In this document: in pieces, positions 26,225 to 36,734 of the stretch
Position numbering within the stretch: the stretch's first letter is position 1
Layout: each line of letters opens with the position of its first letter
Source: a virus
Taxonomy: Duplodnaviria > Caudoviricetes
DNA: 53,838 nt
IMG/VR virus record: IMGVR_UViG_3300025425_000025
Location: 1 to 53,838 of that record
Strand: one strand, 5' to 3'
Program-made: the position numbers and the translations under genes
The notes under the pieces: generated by a model
The model's input: the letters and a program-made list of their open reading frames with translations, nothing else
Databases searched by the model: none
Told to the model about the DNA's origin: nothing

Positions 26225-29200
26225 TTATTCCTTTGTTGTTTGATTTGGATCAGAGTACAGACCTTGTTTCCTAATAAACCCATCTTCATCGAAGTAGAAT
26301 TCATTTTCATCCATGTATGAGTCTAGATCAAATGCTTCATCAGTTTGTTGATCAGTTGTACGTTGTTCTAGAGCAAAGGCTTTACCCATTCTATCAGTAG
26401 CAATTCTAGTAGTTCCGCTAGTTATGTTATCCACATAAATTCTGATCTTGTCAGGGATACGGAGCCCTGTAGGGTCTTTAGCAAAGTACTTCAATGCATC
26501 TATTGCCGTTTCAGGATTAGTAGATAGGGTTCCCATAATTTCCCTAGCAGCAGCAAGTCTAGATTCTTCAATACCTTGTGTTAAAAGCGCACCAGCACTC
26601 TTAAGTCTAGTACCTGTTCTATTAAGAGGTCCGACTGTGAAGTTAACTAATGCGTTGATACCCTGTCTAATAGTAGTATCCATAGCAGTGTTTGATCCGA
26701 ATGGATTAGGTCTAGAACCTCTAATATTTAGTGACAGATTACCTAGTTCCATAAGCTGATAGATAGCTGTTTGAACATCAGGATTATCAGGGAATACTTG
26801 TTTAATCAGTTCAACATCACCACTAGAATTACCTTCTACCGCTCTTTTAAGCGCACCCTTTGATGCATCCTTAATAGAGTTACCTTCAGCATCCATAGCA
26901 ATTGAAGTACCGGCAAAGTAACGGTCTTGTAAGAATCGTAGGAATTCAGATTGGACTCCCTCTTTAGCAAGAATATCACCGCTAGCATCCATCTTTTCCA
27001 TTAGCTGTTTAACAATATCTGGACCATCTTTATGTCCAAACAGTTCTTTAAATCCTCCACCAGTTTCTAACTTAGTAGCAATATCACCATTACCAGTTAG
27101 ATTAGCAATGAAGAATCTGGCAGAACTTCTACGAGTTTCTTCAATTACATCGGTATATGCTTGTTGTGCTGATTTAAGGGCAGTATCCATATCATCCATA
27201 TTAGCATCAGCCATTCGTAGATTTGAAATAGCATCACGAATTTTTACAGAAGTAGCAGGATCAGTAGCGTCTAATGTTTTAAGTTGCGGCTCAATAGCAC
27301 CCCATAGAACTTCGGCATTCATAGGCTTACCACTCTCAGCAGACTTAACAGCAACATTAAGACCTTCAGCTAGAAGAGCCTTAGTAACTTGCTCATTGCC
27401 GTTAGCTACTTCAGAACTAAATGCCTCAACGAACTTTTGTACATATCCCGGTCCATTAGGGGCTCTAGCAGCCGCAAAAGCATCCTCACCAGCCTTATAG
27501 ACGTTCTCTACACCCTGTAGGCCATTTCCATAGTCTTTAGGAGTACGGGCAATGGTGTCATAATCAGCTAGAGGCTTAATACCGTGCCATGTTTCTGAGA
27601 ACTTCTTATACGAATCAAACGCGCCTTTAATAGTAGGATCACCAGACTTATTAACAAGAAGATCAAGTTCATCTCTAAGGACTACAAGCTGTTCAACAAC
27701 GCTCATATCACCTGCGTCTTTAGCAGCGGATATTCTCTTTGATAGCTTAGGTCTTATGTCTTTAATAATAGTAGACACATCTGTACGACCATTAGCTTCT
27801 AGTAGTTTAGCTAATTCATCAATATCATCTACAGGCGTCATTCCACCAGCACTAGTAGGAATGTTAAAGTCTTGAAGTGCATTAGTTTCTTTTGAAGCCT
27901 TAGAAATAACTTCTGCTAATTCAGTAGGATCAACGTCTTGTGGAGGAATTTGATTGAAGGCTTCATCTACACGAGTTTTAGCTTTTGTCCATGCATTGAA
28001 TAGTTCCTCACCAGTTAGATTAGCTAGTAGTGGATTTGAACTAAACGAACCCTTAAGCTTAGCCTTCTTAAATATACCCATAAGATAATTTTGATCATAT
28101 TTAGACGCACGTTCGCCAACAGCCCTATCAACATTAGATTTAGCTGCTTGGACACCTTCATTAGCATCATTTATTCTAGTAGTGAAAGGCTCAGCTATAC
28201 TTTGTCCAGCAGCATTACCTTCAGCGGGAGAAGCAATTCTATTAGCAGCAGTTTCTAATTCATTACCCATAGCACTAGCTAAGGCAGAATCGCTTTTTGA
28301 TACAGAAGTAGTATCAGCAAGTCCCTTTTTAATTGCAGCAATTTGTTGTACAAAGTCTTGTGCTTTAGTCTCTACGAATTCATTAAACTTCTTGGCACCC
28401 ATAGAACCTTCTAGGTAGTTATAGGATTGACGTACATAGTCCTTAGCACCCATAACCATAGATGTAGTAGTATCAATAGGAATCTTACGGCCAGACAGTT
28501 CTGCATCGAAGAATGAGTACTTCTTAATAACATCAGCTAGAATAGCCCCACGTCTCTGTACTTCTTCCTTAGGAAGATCAGGAGTTATGTCTTCGTCAAT
28601 AGCTTGAAGCCAACGCGTAACTTGGTCATCTGGTTCTTTACCTCTATTGGTTATTGATCCAGTAAGTCTTTTTGCTAGGCCAACTACACCGACAGCTTTT
28701 AGTACAGTAACAATACCTTTAACACCACCCATAAAGGCAGCATTATCGGCCATGTTACCAACAAAGTTATCATCTGTTTCAGGAACAATACCTAGGCCTT
28801 CTGACAACGGTTGTACATCTGATGGTGTAGTAGCTGAAGTACCAATAATTTCACCGAATGCACCACCTAGAGATTTAACAAATAGTTCAAACTTCTTGTT
28901 TGCATTTACAGGATCAGCTTTCTTAAACCCAGCCATTGTTTGTAGAAGCGGACCAGCAAACTTAGCACCTTGAGCGCCTAATAGTCCACCAAGTCTAACA
29001 CCTACAGCAGTACCAGTAGCACCACCAATAATCATTGATGTGATTTCTTGTACAGCTTTTTCTGCCGGATTATTAGCAGGCATAGTCGGGAATGACTCAC
29101 GAATATATTTCTCGTCATTAGGATCAAGGCCAACAGTTTCAGCTAGGTATTCAGCAAGTTCTAATGGAGCCTTAATAGACTCTAGAACACCGCCACCTAC

Positions 29201-29539
29201 CATTCTTTGAATTGATCCCTCACCAGTTATACCTTCAATTCCCCTCATCACAGGACCAGCTACAGGTATATTATACGCTCCACTAGCTTCCATAGGAAGT
29301 GGAGTTAAATAAGAGCGAGGTTCACCCTGATCATTAATACCCTTTTGAGTAGGCACACCTAAGAAGTCACCAGAAGTTGCCCCCTGTTGTTCCTCCATAG
29401 TTTGTGGATTAGTAACAATAGGATCAGCCTGTCTAGGGATATTTTGTGTATCCGTTACTCTAGGTTGTTCCCAAGGGGCTAATTCAAGATCATCTTCTTC
29501 TTGTTCCCAAGGTACTAGTTCTAGTTCTTCATTTGCCAT
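26225..29539 (-). CDS. large internal virion / ejection protein
   Basis: 1104 aa, Ala/Gly-rich, last gene of podovirus structural block. Confidence 0.65.
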   Translation of the reverse strand: MANEELELVPWEQEEDDLELAPWEQPRVTDTQNIPRQADPIVTNPQTMEEQQGATSGDFLGVPTQKGINDQGEPRSYLTPLPMEASGAYNIPVAGPVMRGIEGITGEGSIQRMVGGGVLESIKAPLELAEYLAETVGLDPNDEKYIRESFPTMPANNPAEKAVQEITSMIIGGATGTAVGVRLGGLLGAQGAKFAGPLLQTMAGFKKADPVNANKKFELFVKSLGGAFGEIIGTSATTPSDVQPLSEGLGIVPETDDNFVGNMADNAAFMGGVKGIVTVLKAVGVVGLAKRLTGSITNRGKEPDDQVTRWLQAIDEDITPDLPKEEVQRRGAILADVIKKYSFFDAELSGRKIPIDTTTSMVMGAKDYVRQSYNYLEGSMGAKKFNEFVETKAQDFVQQIAAIKKGLADTTSVSKSDSALASAMGNELETAANRIASPAEGNAAGQSIAEPFTTRINDANEGVQAAKSNVDRAVGERASKYDQNYLMGIFKKAKLKGSFSSNPLLANLTGEELFNAWTKAKTRVDEAFNQIPPQDVDPTELAEVISKASKETNALQDFNIPTSAGGMTPVDDIDELAKLLEANGRTDVSTIIKDIRPKLSKRISAAKDAGDMSVVEQLVVLRDELDLLVNKSGDPTIKGAFDSYKKFSETWHGIKPLADYDTIARTPKDYGNGLQGVENVYKAGEDAFAAARAPNGPGYVQKFVEAFSSEVANGNEQVTKALLAEGLNVAVKSAESGKPMNAEVLWGAIEPQLKTLDATDPATSVKIRDAISNLRMADANMDDMDTALKSAQQAYTDVIEETRRSSARFFIANLTGNGDIATKLETGGGFKELFGHKDGPDIVKQLMEKMDASGDILAKEGVQSEFLRFLQDRYFAGTSIAMDAEGNSIKDASKGALKRAVEGNSSGDVELIKQVFPDNPDVQTAIYQLMELGNLSLNIRGSRPNPFGSNTAMDTTIRQGINALVNFTVGPLNRTGTRLKSAGALLTQGIEESRLAAAREIMGTLSTNPETAIDALKYFAKDPTGLRIPDKIRIYVDNITSGTTRIATDRMGKAFALEQRTTDQQTDEAFDLDSYMDENEFYFDEDGFIRKQGLYSDPNQTTKE

Positions 29540-31263
29540 TATTGTGTTGCCTTACGTAGTTCTTCCGCTCTGTCATTTACTTGATTGGGATCAGGTTGCC
29601 CTTCAGGTTCCCAGTTAGATGGATCATTAAAGTCTCCACCCTTAAATACTAGAACTTGACCAGAAGAGGTTTTGCGTCTTGTTCCTTTTTCTTGTCCAAC
29701 TGGACTAGTAGTTTCTACAGGAGTAGTTGCATCATTTGTATTTGGTTCTAGATTAGTCTTTCTGGCAGTACTTTTCTTGAAGTCTTCAGATAACCATGTA
29801 AGTACATCTTTATCCATCATAGTATCCACCTGCTTTAGGTCTTTCTCAATAGCGGCATATACTTCAGGATAGTCAGTTGAGATAACTTGCATTTCTGCTA
29901 GACTTAGTAGATCAGTTGTTCTACTATTGATACCACTAACCTGCCCTTGTATAAGTCTCTTAATATTGTTCTCAAACGCTATAGGGTCTTTGATTGCAAT
30001 TACTGAATTATAGATATTATCAAAGTCCTTGTTCGAGAAACCATTACCAGATTGTCCCATAGCTCTACCTACAGCGTATGCATATTGAATAGCAGCAGAG
30101 TGGAATTCTAGAACTTGTCTACCTTCTTCAGCAGTATATGATCCGTTTTCAATTTCACCATTAACGAAAGAATTAGCAGCTTGTAGCAGTGTATTCTCAG
30201 CGGGATCACCACCAGCATCTTCAATGATACCTCCGAACAGACCTATGATACCATTAGCTTCACGCTTGATTCCTTCAAAGCCAGCAATACCCATTCCAAC
30301 TAATGTAGTAACTCTACCATTAGACTGAGTTACCATATCTACTAGAGTTTTACCCTCGTTAGACATGCTTACGATATCGGCTCGTTCAGTTCCCATTTTA
30401 ACACGAAGGTCTAATGTTCCTTTAAGAACGTTTAATGCGCCTTCACTTGCAACTGGGTCTTTCATAGCTTCTTCCGCCATTAAGATATCAGGAAGAATAG
30501 CATTGAATCTTTCAGCTTTAGCTCTAACTCTAGGATCATCTGATTTAATACCTTGCGCCGCTTCTACTCTAGCAGCTTTTAGTTTAGAATCAGTAATACC
30601 ATCAGCTAGGCCAAACTCTTCTAGAGGGTTTAAACTAGTCTTCTGTAGAGACATTTCAATAGTTGGGGCTTCAGGTTGAGTAAATCCCTTATTAGTTTGT
30701 GCAAACTCTTCTTCAGTAACACCTAGGGATTCTTTAAGTCTACCAGCCGCCTTAGCTTCTGGTGATTTACCAGCATTAGGGAATATATTAGATGCAGCAT
30801 CAAGTAGACCATCTAGCACACCCGGTTCTTTTGCAGGAGTTTGATCGTTAGGTTGATTAACTGGATCAGGAAGTGGAGATGCAGAAGCTTCTAAACCAGA
30901 GTCAGCCATTTGGGTATCCATATTAGGGTCTTCAACGGCAGTAGGTTCCTCTACAGCATCAGGTACTGCGAACTTAGTAGTACTCATCATTTCATCTACA
31001 TCACTCATAGAGTATCCAGCACCAAGCCATTCAGCAGCCTTAATAGCAGCTTCTTTAGGGGCACCATATCTCTCTGCCATAAGTTCGCCAGCTTTGACGT
31101 TCTTATTCCAAGTAGATTCATCTTCCACATATTGAGACCGCTTATTAGTCCAATCGTCATATGCTACTTTGAACATATCTGATCGGGTTTCGTGGGCTCT
31201 TTGTTGGGTAGACTCAAATGACTTAGAAAAGCCCTTGCCAAACCCGCTCATAAATCCAGCCAT
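29539..31263 (-). CDS. internal virion / ejection protein
   Basis: MAGFMSGFGKGF N-terminus; position. Confidence 0.6.
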   Translation of the reverse strand: MAGFMSGFGKGFSKSFESTQQRAHETRSDMFKVAYDDWTNKRSQYVEDESTWNKNVKAGELMAERYGAPKEAAIKAAEWLGAGYSMSDVDEMMSTTKFAVPDAVEEPTAVEDPNMDTQMADSGLEASASPLPDPVNQPNDQTPAKEPGVLDGLLDAASNIFPNAGKSPEAKAAGRLKESLGVTEEEFAQTNKGFTQPEAPTIEMSLQKTSLNPLEEFGLADGITDSKLKAARVEAAQGIKSDDPRVRAKAERFNAILPDILMAEEAMKDPVASEGALNVLKGTLDLRVKMGTERADIVSMSNEGKTLVDMVTQSNGRVTTLVGMGIAGFEGIKREANGIIGLFGGIIEDAGGDPAENTLLQAANSFVNGEIENGSYTAEEGRQVLEFHSAAIQYAYAVGRAMGQSGNGFSNKDFDNIYNSVIAIKDPIAFENNIKRLIQGQVSGINSRTTDLLSLAEMQVISTDYPEVYAAIEKDLKQVDTMMDKDVLTWLSEDFKKSTARKTNLEPNTNDATTPVETTSPVGQEKGTRRKTSSGQVLVFKGGDFNDPSNWEPEGQPDPNQVNDRAEELRKATQ

Positions 31264-31273
31264 TTAATTTCCT

Positions 31274-31378
31274 TTAGTCGTTATTCTTGTTGTCAAATAG
31301 GCCCTTAACAAATGACCAGATATCATCTTTAAAATGGTAGATTACTCCACCAACTATTACACCGATTACAAATTCCAT
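31274..31378 (-). CDS. small membrane peptide (34 aa)
   Basis: AAGGA RBS; MEFVIGVIVGGVIYHFKDDIW... Confidence 0.5.
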   Translation of the reverse strand: MEFVIGVIVGGVIYHFKDDIWSFVKGLFDNKNND

Positions 31379-31388
31379 TATTCTTCCT

Positions 31389-31775
31389 TTATTTTGGACC
31401 TCTATATTGTCCATCTTTTCTCATTGACGAATTAGACATTTTCTTTTTAATTACCGGCTTCATACGCATACGTTCTTTTTTAATTCGTTCACCAGCAGTA
31501 GGTTTCTTCTTAGGAGGCATTAAGCCTTTCTTAGTGTATCCCATAACCATCTTATCTCTAAGAGACATACCAACACCATCTTCAATAATCTCACTTATAT
31601 CATGAGCAAGAGGTGGCTGATCTTTTTTATGAAAGGCTGATTTACGTTTACGTCTATCTTCAATATTCTTAGACTTAGTACCAGCCGCAGTTATAGCACC
31701 CTTAAAAGTTGACCCTTTTTTTCTAGCTGAACCTAATTTAGTAATAGGTTTCTTTTTCTTAGTAGCTGTTGCCAT
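31389..31775 (-). CDS. very basic Lys/Arg-rich protein
   Basis: Composition; TAATG-coupled. Confidence 0.6.
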   Translation of the reverse strand: MATATKKKKPITKLGSARKKGSTFKGAITAAGTKSKNIEDRRKRKSAFHKKDQPPLAHDISEIIEDGVGMSLRDKMVMGYTKKGLMPPKKKPTAGERIKKERMRMKPVIKKKMSNSSMRKDGQYRGPK

Positions 31776-32296
31776 TATACACTCTCTGGTTCTGGTTTAG
31801 GCATAAATCCTTTTGGTGATTCCATAGGAGCTTCTTGTGCAGGAGGTTTAATAGTTTCTTTATTAGCCTGTAGAGCATTGCCTGCCTTATCAGCAATATC
31901 ATTAGTAATCTTAGCTTTAGACTTATAGTAGCCAATAGTCTTCTCTGGTAAATCTTCAAGACCTAAGTCGTATTCAATTTCTGAATCCTTAGCCATGATT
32001 TCCATCATACGAGCAACTGGGCCAGCAAGTAAGATTGCCATGTCTGGTGTCCACTTACCTTTACCAATACCACTAGTAACTAATATATCAGCCGCTTTAA
32101 CAATACTAACCCCTGATTGAAGATTATTCAATAGGCCATACGCACCTTTAGTAGTAGTAAGTTGTTTAACTACTGTTTCAATAGCTTTATCCATATCCGT
32201 TACCTCTGGCGGTCTATGCCAAGGATAGTTACGGGTATCTGATGTGTAATTCTCACCGGGGATTGGTCCGTTAGGAGTAACGTTAGGATTATCCAT
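31775..32296 (-). CDS. conserved virion-module protein
   Basis: PIPGE..T....YPW.RPP...G.GKWTPD...L pattern. Confidence 0.65.
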   Translation of the reverse strand: MDNPNVTPNGPIPGENYTSDTRNYPWHRPPEVTDMDKAIETVVKQLTTTKGAYGLLNNLQSGVSIVKAADILVTSGIGKGKWTPDMAILLAGPVARMMEIMAKDSEIEYDLGLEDLPEKTIGYYKSKAKITNDIADKAGNALQANKETIKPPAQEAPMESPKGFMPKPEPESV

Positions 32297-32499
32297 TATA
32301 TCTCACTTACATCTTTCTTAACAGGTGTCTTCTTTTTACTTGTACTAGTAGTTTTCTTACTCATAACTTCTTCTTCGAAGTCATCAAAGTACTTCTTATT
32401 ATACACCCTATCTTTTTCTAGTTTAGAATATTCCCACTCGTCATCACCTTTAGCGTAGTACGACTGGATTGACTTCTTAATTGCTTCCTCAAATGTCAT
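32296..32499 (-). CDS. small hypothetical protein
   Basis: AAGGA RBS. Confidence 0.6.
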   Translation of the reverse strand: MTFEEAIKKSIQSYYAKGDDEWEYSKLEKDRVYNKKYFDDFEEEVMSKKTTSTSKKKTPVKKDVSEI

Positions 32500-32673
32500 T
32501 TTGTTTCCTTATTTTAATTTTATTGTGCCTACACCATATACTGGTACTGGTTATTTCGACTAATCAACGCTAGGGGGCCTTAAACAGCCGTACAGTGGAT
32601 TCTCTGTGTCCCAGTATGATTCCACCTGAGCATATACAAACGCCTCTCCTGAGCAGGATATGGAGGCTGTATT

Positions 32674-32985
32674 TCAAAATTTACGGCAATTTGCGTCGTA
32701 ATCAGTAAGTTCGTCTTTTCCTGTTGCTTTTTGTAGGTAATTAATAGCAGATAGTAGTGTTTTTTGATTATCCCTAAACATTCCTAGTCCTATATTGCAA
32801 TTATTGCATAGTAGTACTCTCGTATTATGATCATGGTCTACAACTAGTGGTCGATTTAGTTCTGTAATAGGCCTGCTACAAATTGCACAGTTATTACTTT
32901 GTTCTTCTAGCATGTCATCGTATTCTTCTAGGTTTAATCCATAAACCTTTATTAATCTATATTCTCTATTCTTTATTTTTGACAT
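32674..32985 (-). CDS. endonuclease VII-family (homing-type) nuclease
   Basis: YGLNLEEYD.M...Q...CAIC...VDHDH...LLCNNCN.GLG.F.DN. Confidence 0.8.
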   Translation of the reverse strand: MSKIKNREYRLIKVYGLNLEEYDDMLEEQSNNCAICSRPITELNRPLVVDHDHNTRVLLCNNCNIGLGMFRDNQKTLLSAINYLQKATGKDELTDYDANCRKF

Positions 32986-32990
32986 TAAAC

Positions 32991-34544
32991 TTAGAACAGC
33001 CAATCAAAGAATGTCCCTGCTCCGGCCCCAACTATGGTTCCTAGTATGTTTCCAAAGCCTTCTGAGTCTGCAACTTCAGCATTTAGATCACCAGTCAGCT
33101 TAATCATAGCAAGTTGGTTGTTTCGTTCTGATTGATTATCAGCAGTCTTCCATAGATAGTCTAGAAGTGCGTCTGATCTATCCCAAACCTGATTTAGTTG
33201 TTCTACAGATATGCCAACCATATTCTTAACATCAGTAGCAGCAGCTTCAAACTTTTGATCTAGTTCTTTAGTTGTTAATTCCTGTCTCCATTTAGCATTG
33301 GCAGTATCAACAGCAAATTGCATACTGGAATAGAATTGTTCACGAGAATCCTCCATACTTGCATTGAATTTCGATACGTCCGTAGAATTCGTAGCATTGT
33401 ATTGTGACATAGCATCTGATTGTGCTTTATTAAATTGATCAATAGAAGCCTCTAGACTTGCATAGTATTTGTCTTTATCGTTTTGACTATCTGCCATGAA
33501 TAGTCTATTAGCATTCTCTGCCTTACCATCTTCAAGGATAGACTGGATTCTAGCTTGGTTGTTAATAACTCTAGTTTGCTGATCATTACTAAGATTAGCC
33601 ATATCCATTTGTAGGAAAGCTTGACTGTTAGTAACAGCAGCCGTAAGCCGAGCATCCATATTAGCAAGATCAAGTTTAGCTAACACGTTAGCCTTATTAA
33701 TAGTTGCCTCTTGTCTATTGTTTAGATTAGTAACTGTTAGAGTTTGAAAGAATTCAGCATCTTGTTGAGCAATAGGAATACTGGCTTCCATTAAGGCTTG
33801 TGACAATGCAGCCGTAGCAGCACTACCAGTCATTCCGTTGAAAGCAGCAATCTTTTGTACATTTCTAGCAGTAGCAGAAGCCCATGACGGAACCTTAGGA
33901 TTACCATTAGGATCAGTAAATTCGGATTGCAACATTTCAAGCTGCCCTTTAAGAGTAGCCTTGCTATCAGTATAATTACCATCACCAAGTTGTTCAGCTA
34001 ATAGTTTACCAGCAGAAGTTGTAGTATCAATAATATTACTCATATTTTGAGCAGCATATTGATTTAACGAATCCCCTAGTGCATTCTCCCCATTATTAGT
34101 AGCGTCTAGATCAGCAACAATTTGATTAGGATCAACTGAAGCTTGATTACTAACCGTACCTTGTGCGGCAGTCATAGTATTATTAGCTACGTCTTGTTGC
34201 GTAGTAGCAGTTTGTACTTGGGCAGCTTGATTATTAGAGGTGTTTGTCTGTACATCAGGAGAGCTAGTAGCCTGTTGTGCATTAGCTTGTACACCTTGAG
34301 GATCACCATTATATGCAGGATTATTAGGGTCTATTTGTCCATCAGCAGTTTGTTGTGCTGTAGAAGTAGGCACACGATCACTTAACTCCATACTTTCATT
34401 TTGAAGTGGAGTGCTAGGATCATCCTGTGTAAGTAATAATGAAGGATCAGTAACAAGTTGACCAGCAAAGTCAGCAACATTAATCTGACTATTACCTTCT
34501 GGCATAGTTGGTACTACTTGAGGATTTAGTGTAGTTTGTGTCAT
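32991..34544 (-). CDS. internal virion / ejection protein
   Basis: Gln/Asn/Ala-rich coiled coil with Gly-rich C-terminal helix. Confidence 0.65.
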   Translation of the reverse strand: MTQTTLNPQVVPTMPEGNSQINVADFAGQLVTDPSLLLTQDDPSTPLQNESMELSDRVPTSTAQQTADGQIDPNNPAYNGDPQGVQANAQQATSSPDVQTNTSNNQAAQVQTATTQQDVANNTMTAAQGTVSNQASVDPNQIVADLDATNNGENALGDSLNQYAAQNMSNIIDTTTSAGKLLAEQLGDGNYTDSKATLKGQLEMLQSEFTDPNGNPKVPSWASATARNVQKIAAFNGMTGSAATAALSQALMEASIPIAQQDAEFFQTLTVTNLNNRQEATINKANVLAKLDLANMDARLTAAVTNSQAFLQMDMANLSNDQQTRVINNQARIQSILEDGKAENANRLFMADSQNDKDKYYASLEASIDQFNKAQSDAMSQYNATNSTDVSKFNASMEDSREQFYSSMQFAVDTANAKWRQELTTKELDQKFEAAATDVKNMVGISVEQLNQVWDRSDALLDYLWKTADNQSERNNQLAMIKLTGDLNAEVADSEGFGNILGTIVGAGAGTFFDWLF

Positions 34545-35039
34545 TTAGTTTCCTTTTGTAGCACCTTTAAGTACTAATGGAACAGCCTTTTTCAATTCAT
34601 CTACTGTAGAGGCATTAGAAATGCTAATATCGTCTGTTACATCACGTAAGGCTTTCTTTTGTTGAGCAATACTTGCCTTTTTAGCTGTATCACCCACTTC
34701 ATCTGCCATTTGATACTCAATGTCTAATTTAGCTAATAGTGGGGCTCTAAGTTTGCGTAATTCCTTCTTTTGAATTTCACGAGCCTTAGGCATATCGACT
34801 TTAATTCCTTCTTTAGAGTTTTCAATATCCCATGCACCACGATAAGTTCTATCAGAAGGTGGAACCCAATCAGACGGCATGATTTTAACGTCATTTCTGG
34901 TAAAGCCATGTCTTTCTAATACGAAGTCTTCATATTCGATATCAGTAAGCTCTCTACCTAAAAGACGCTCTATATTATACTTAGGTGCGGCAGAAGTTAT
35001 ACTAACTGTATCCTCTTCATTTTTTCTTATAAATTTCAT
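34545..35039 (-). CDS. tail fibre assembly chaperone-like protein
   Basis: DRTYRGAW...DMPKAREI...R.PLLAKLD...KKALRD; directly after fibre gene. Confidence 0.65.
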   Translation of the reverse strand: MKFIRKNEEDTVSITSAAPKYNIERLLGRELTDIEYEDFVLERHGFTRNDVKIMPSDWVPPSDRTYRGAWDIENSKEGIKVDMPKAREIQKKELRKLRAPLLAKLDIEYQMADEVGDTAKKASIAQQKKALRDVTDDISISNASTVDELKKAVPLVLKGATKGN

Positions 35040-36724
35040 TATTGGTCTCCAAAGGCTACGAAGTAGATTGCGTTGGGGTCATTGGGGTCTTCTTCGTTAC
35101 CTGACCATGAGGCGTTGCCCAAATTACCGGCCCTGATACGCAGTTGACCTGCGGTTGGCCCTGTTGCATCTGAAATCGAGTAATTGATCATGTAGTTGCC
35201 GCCATTGTGCATACCGCCGCTGACGAGTGCCGCATAATTTGCGTTTGAGAAATCTGTCGCGATGTTGACCGTCCAGTCACCCTCACCGTTATCGGTGATG
35301 CTAGTAGTATTATAGCTATCCGCTATAGTTCCAGAACTATTGAATTTAACCCAACATTTAGCTGCGCTCTCATGATAATGCTGTCTACCCGGTGTAACAG
35401 CTACAGTAGTAGATGATCCTGCCTCTTGTTCTGCTTGAGACGCAGCAGCCATACCACCATTATTATCTACATAATCTTTAACAGCAGCAGTAGTTGGTAA
35501 GCTCGTATCATTATCACTTGAACCTAATCCTTCCGATTCTGTAACAATAGCACTAGCAGCAAAATTATCTACTTCAACGTTAGATAAGGAATTTCCAGTA
35601 CCATTAGCATCGAATGTCTTATTAGTTAATGAAGCAGAAGATGAGGCAGTTATCTTTGTATCAAGTTGTGTTTGAATAGCAGAAGTAACACCATTAAGAT
35701 AGTTGTACTCAGTTGTTGAAACTGCACCACCACCAATCTTACTAGCATCAATAGCAGCCGAGGCATTAATATCAGCATTTACAATAACACCAGCATCAAT
35801 ACTCCATACAGTCCCACTACTAGATACAACAATATCGCCTTTGTCTCCATCAGCAATAGCTCCACCACTAACCGCACTATCTACATAATCTTTAACAGCA
35901 GCAGAAGTAGGGATAGTTGTATCATTATCATTAGAAGCAATATCATCAGATTCAGTAACAAGAGTAGCAGCCGCAATCAATGAAGTTGTAATTTCATCTT
36001 CGCTAGCTAATGCACCTGCGTCTGTTACATCAGATAGAGTATGTGTATGTCCTGTTGCAGATTTTCCATCAATCTGTGCTTGAATATCTGAAGTAACTCC
36101 ATCAACATAATTCAATTCAGTTACAGTAGCAGTAATACCATCAAGTACATTTATTTCAGTAGCCGTAGCTGTTAATCCTAATGTTACTAATTGAGCGGCA
36201 GCATTTGCATCATCTAATAATGCTCTACCAGCAGACGTTAAGTCTGTAGTACTAAATGTATCAGCACCAGTAGCGTATATTAGTTTATCAGCAGAAACAG
36301 TAACACCAGCTAAGGCGGTTAGAGTAGCATCTAAAGATTGCCATCCAGTTGTGTTTCCGATATAAAGCCATACAGCAGAAGTTGCCGTAGCATCCACACA
36401 TACATACGCTCTATCATTCGTTGTATCAATCCATTGTGAACCAACAGCATAATCACTATCTTCGTCATCAGTTGCAGTAGGGGCAGTAGTAGCATTCAAC
36501 TTGTGAATACCATTAATACCACCTTGAGATACACCTAATATACCAGCAGTGCTTGTATTTAGATTAATCTTAGGGCCTTCACCAGTAGTTCCGTCATGGG
36601 AATGACCAGAGCTTAAATGGAAAGCAGATTGAATCTGATTGAATTCAGCATTTAGTGGAGACGCTTCAACTGTATTACCTGAAACGATTTCACCAGATGA
36701 TTGTCTTACGTAGCCATCACCCAT
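35039..36724 (-). CDS. tail fibre protein
   Basis: GYVRQS...LNAEFNQ...GHSHDG N-terminal anchor; repeated TELNYxDGVTS.IQ and PTxAAVKDYVD; AKCWVKF tip domain. Confidence 0.8.
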   Translation of the reverse strand: MGDGYVRQSSGEIVSGNTVEASPLNAEFNQIQSAFHLSSGHSHDGTTGEGPKINLNTSTAGILGVSQGGINGIHKLNATTAPTATDDEDSDYAVGSQWIDTTNDRAYVCVDATATSAVWLYIGNTTGWQSLDATLTALAGVTVSADKLIYATGADTFSTTDLTSAGRALLDDANAAAQLVTLGLTATATEINVLDGITATVTELNYVDGVTSDIQAQIDGKSATGHTHTLSDVTDAGALASEDEITTSLIAAATLVTESDDIASNDNDTTIPTSAAVKDYVDSAVSGGAIADGDKGDIVVSSSGTVWSIDAGVIVNADINASAAIDASKIGGGAVSTTEYNYLNGVTSAIQTQLDTKITASSSASLTNKTFDANGTGNSLSNVEVDNFAASAIVTESEGLGSSDNDTSLPTTAAVKDYVDNNGGMAAASQAEQEAGSSTTVAVTPGRQHYHESAAKCWVKFNSSGTIADSYNTTSITDNGEGDWTVNIATDFSNANYAALVSGGMHNGGNYMINYSISDATGPTAGQLRIRAGNLGNASWSGNEEDPNDPNAIYFVAFGDQ

Positions 36725-36734
36725 TATTTATTCC

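Noticed and set aside
25416-30679. Antisense ORFs in the track (e.g. 25416, 26448, 27108, 28647, 30365)
   Set aside because: Shadow frames of long - strand genes, no RBS or motif
31268-31296. TTGACA on - strand as a promoter
   Set aside because: No -10 element at 16-18 nt; lies inside a small ORF
32580-32714. Possible 44-codon - strand ORF starting at ACG after EndoVII gene
   Set aside because: No standard start and no recognisable product; region better explained as a periodic GC patch
35039-35300. Diversity-generating retroelement target in the tail-fibre tip
   Set aside because: No reverse transcriptase and no second near-identical template copy in the window
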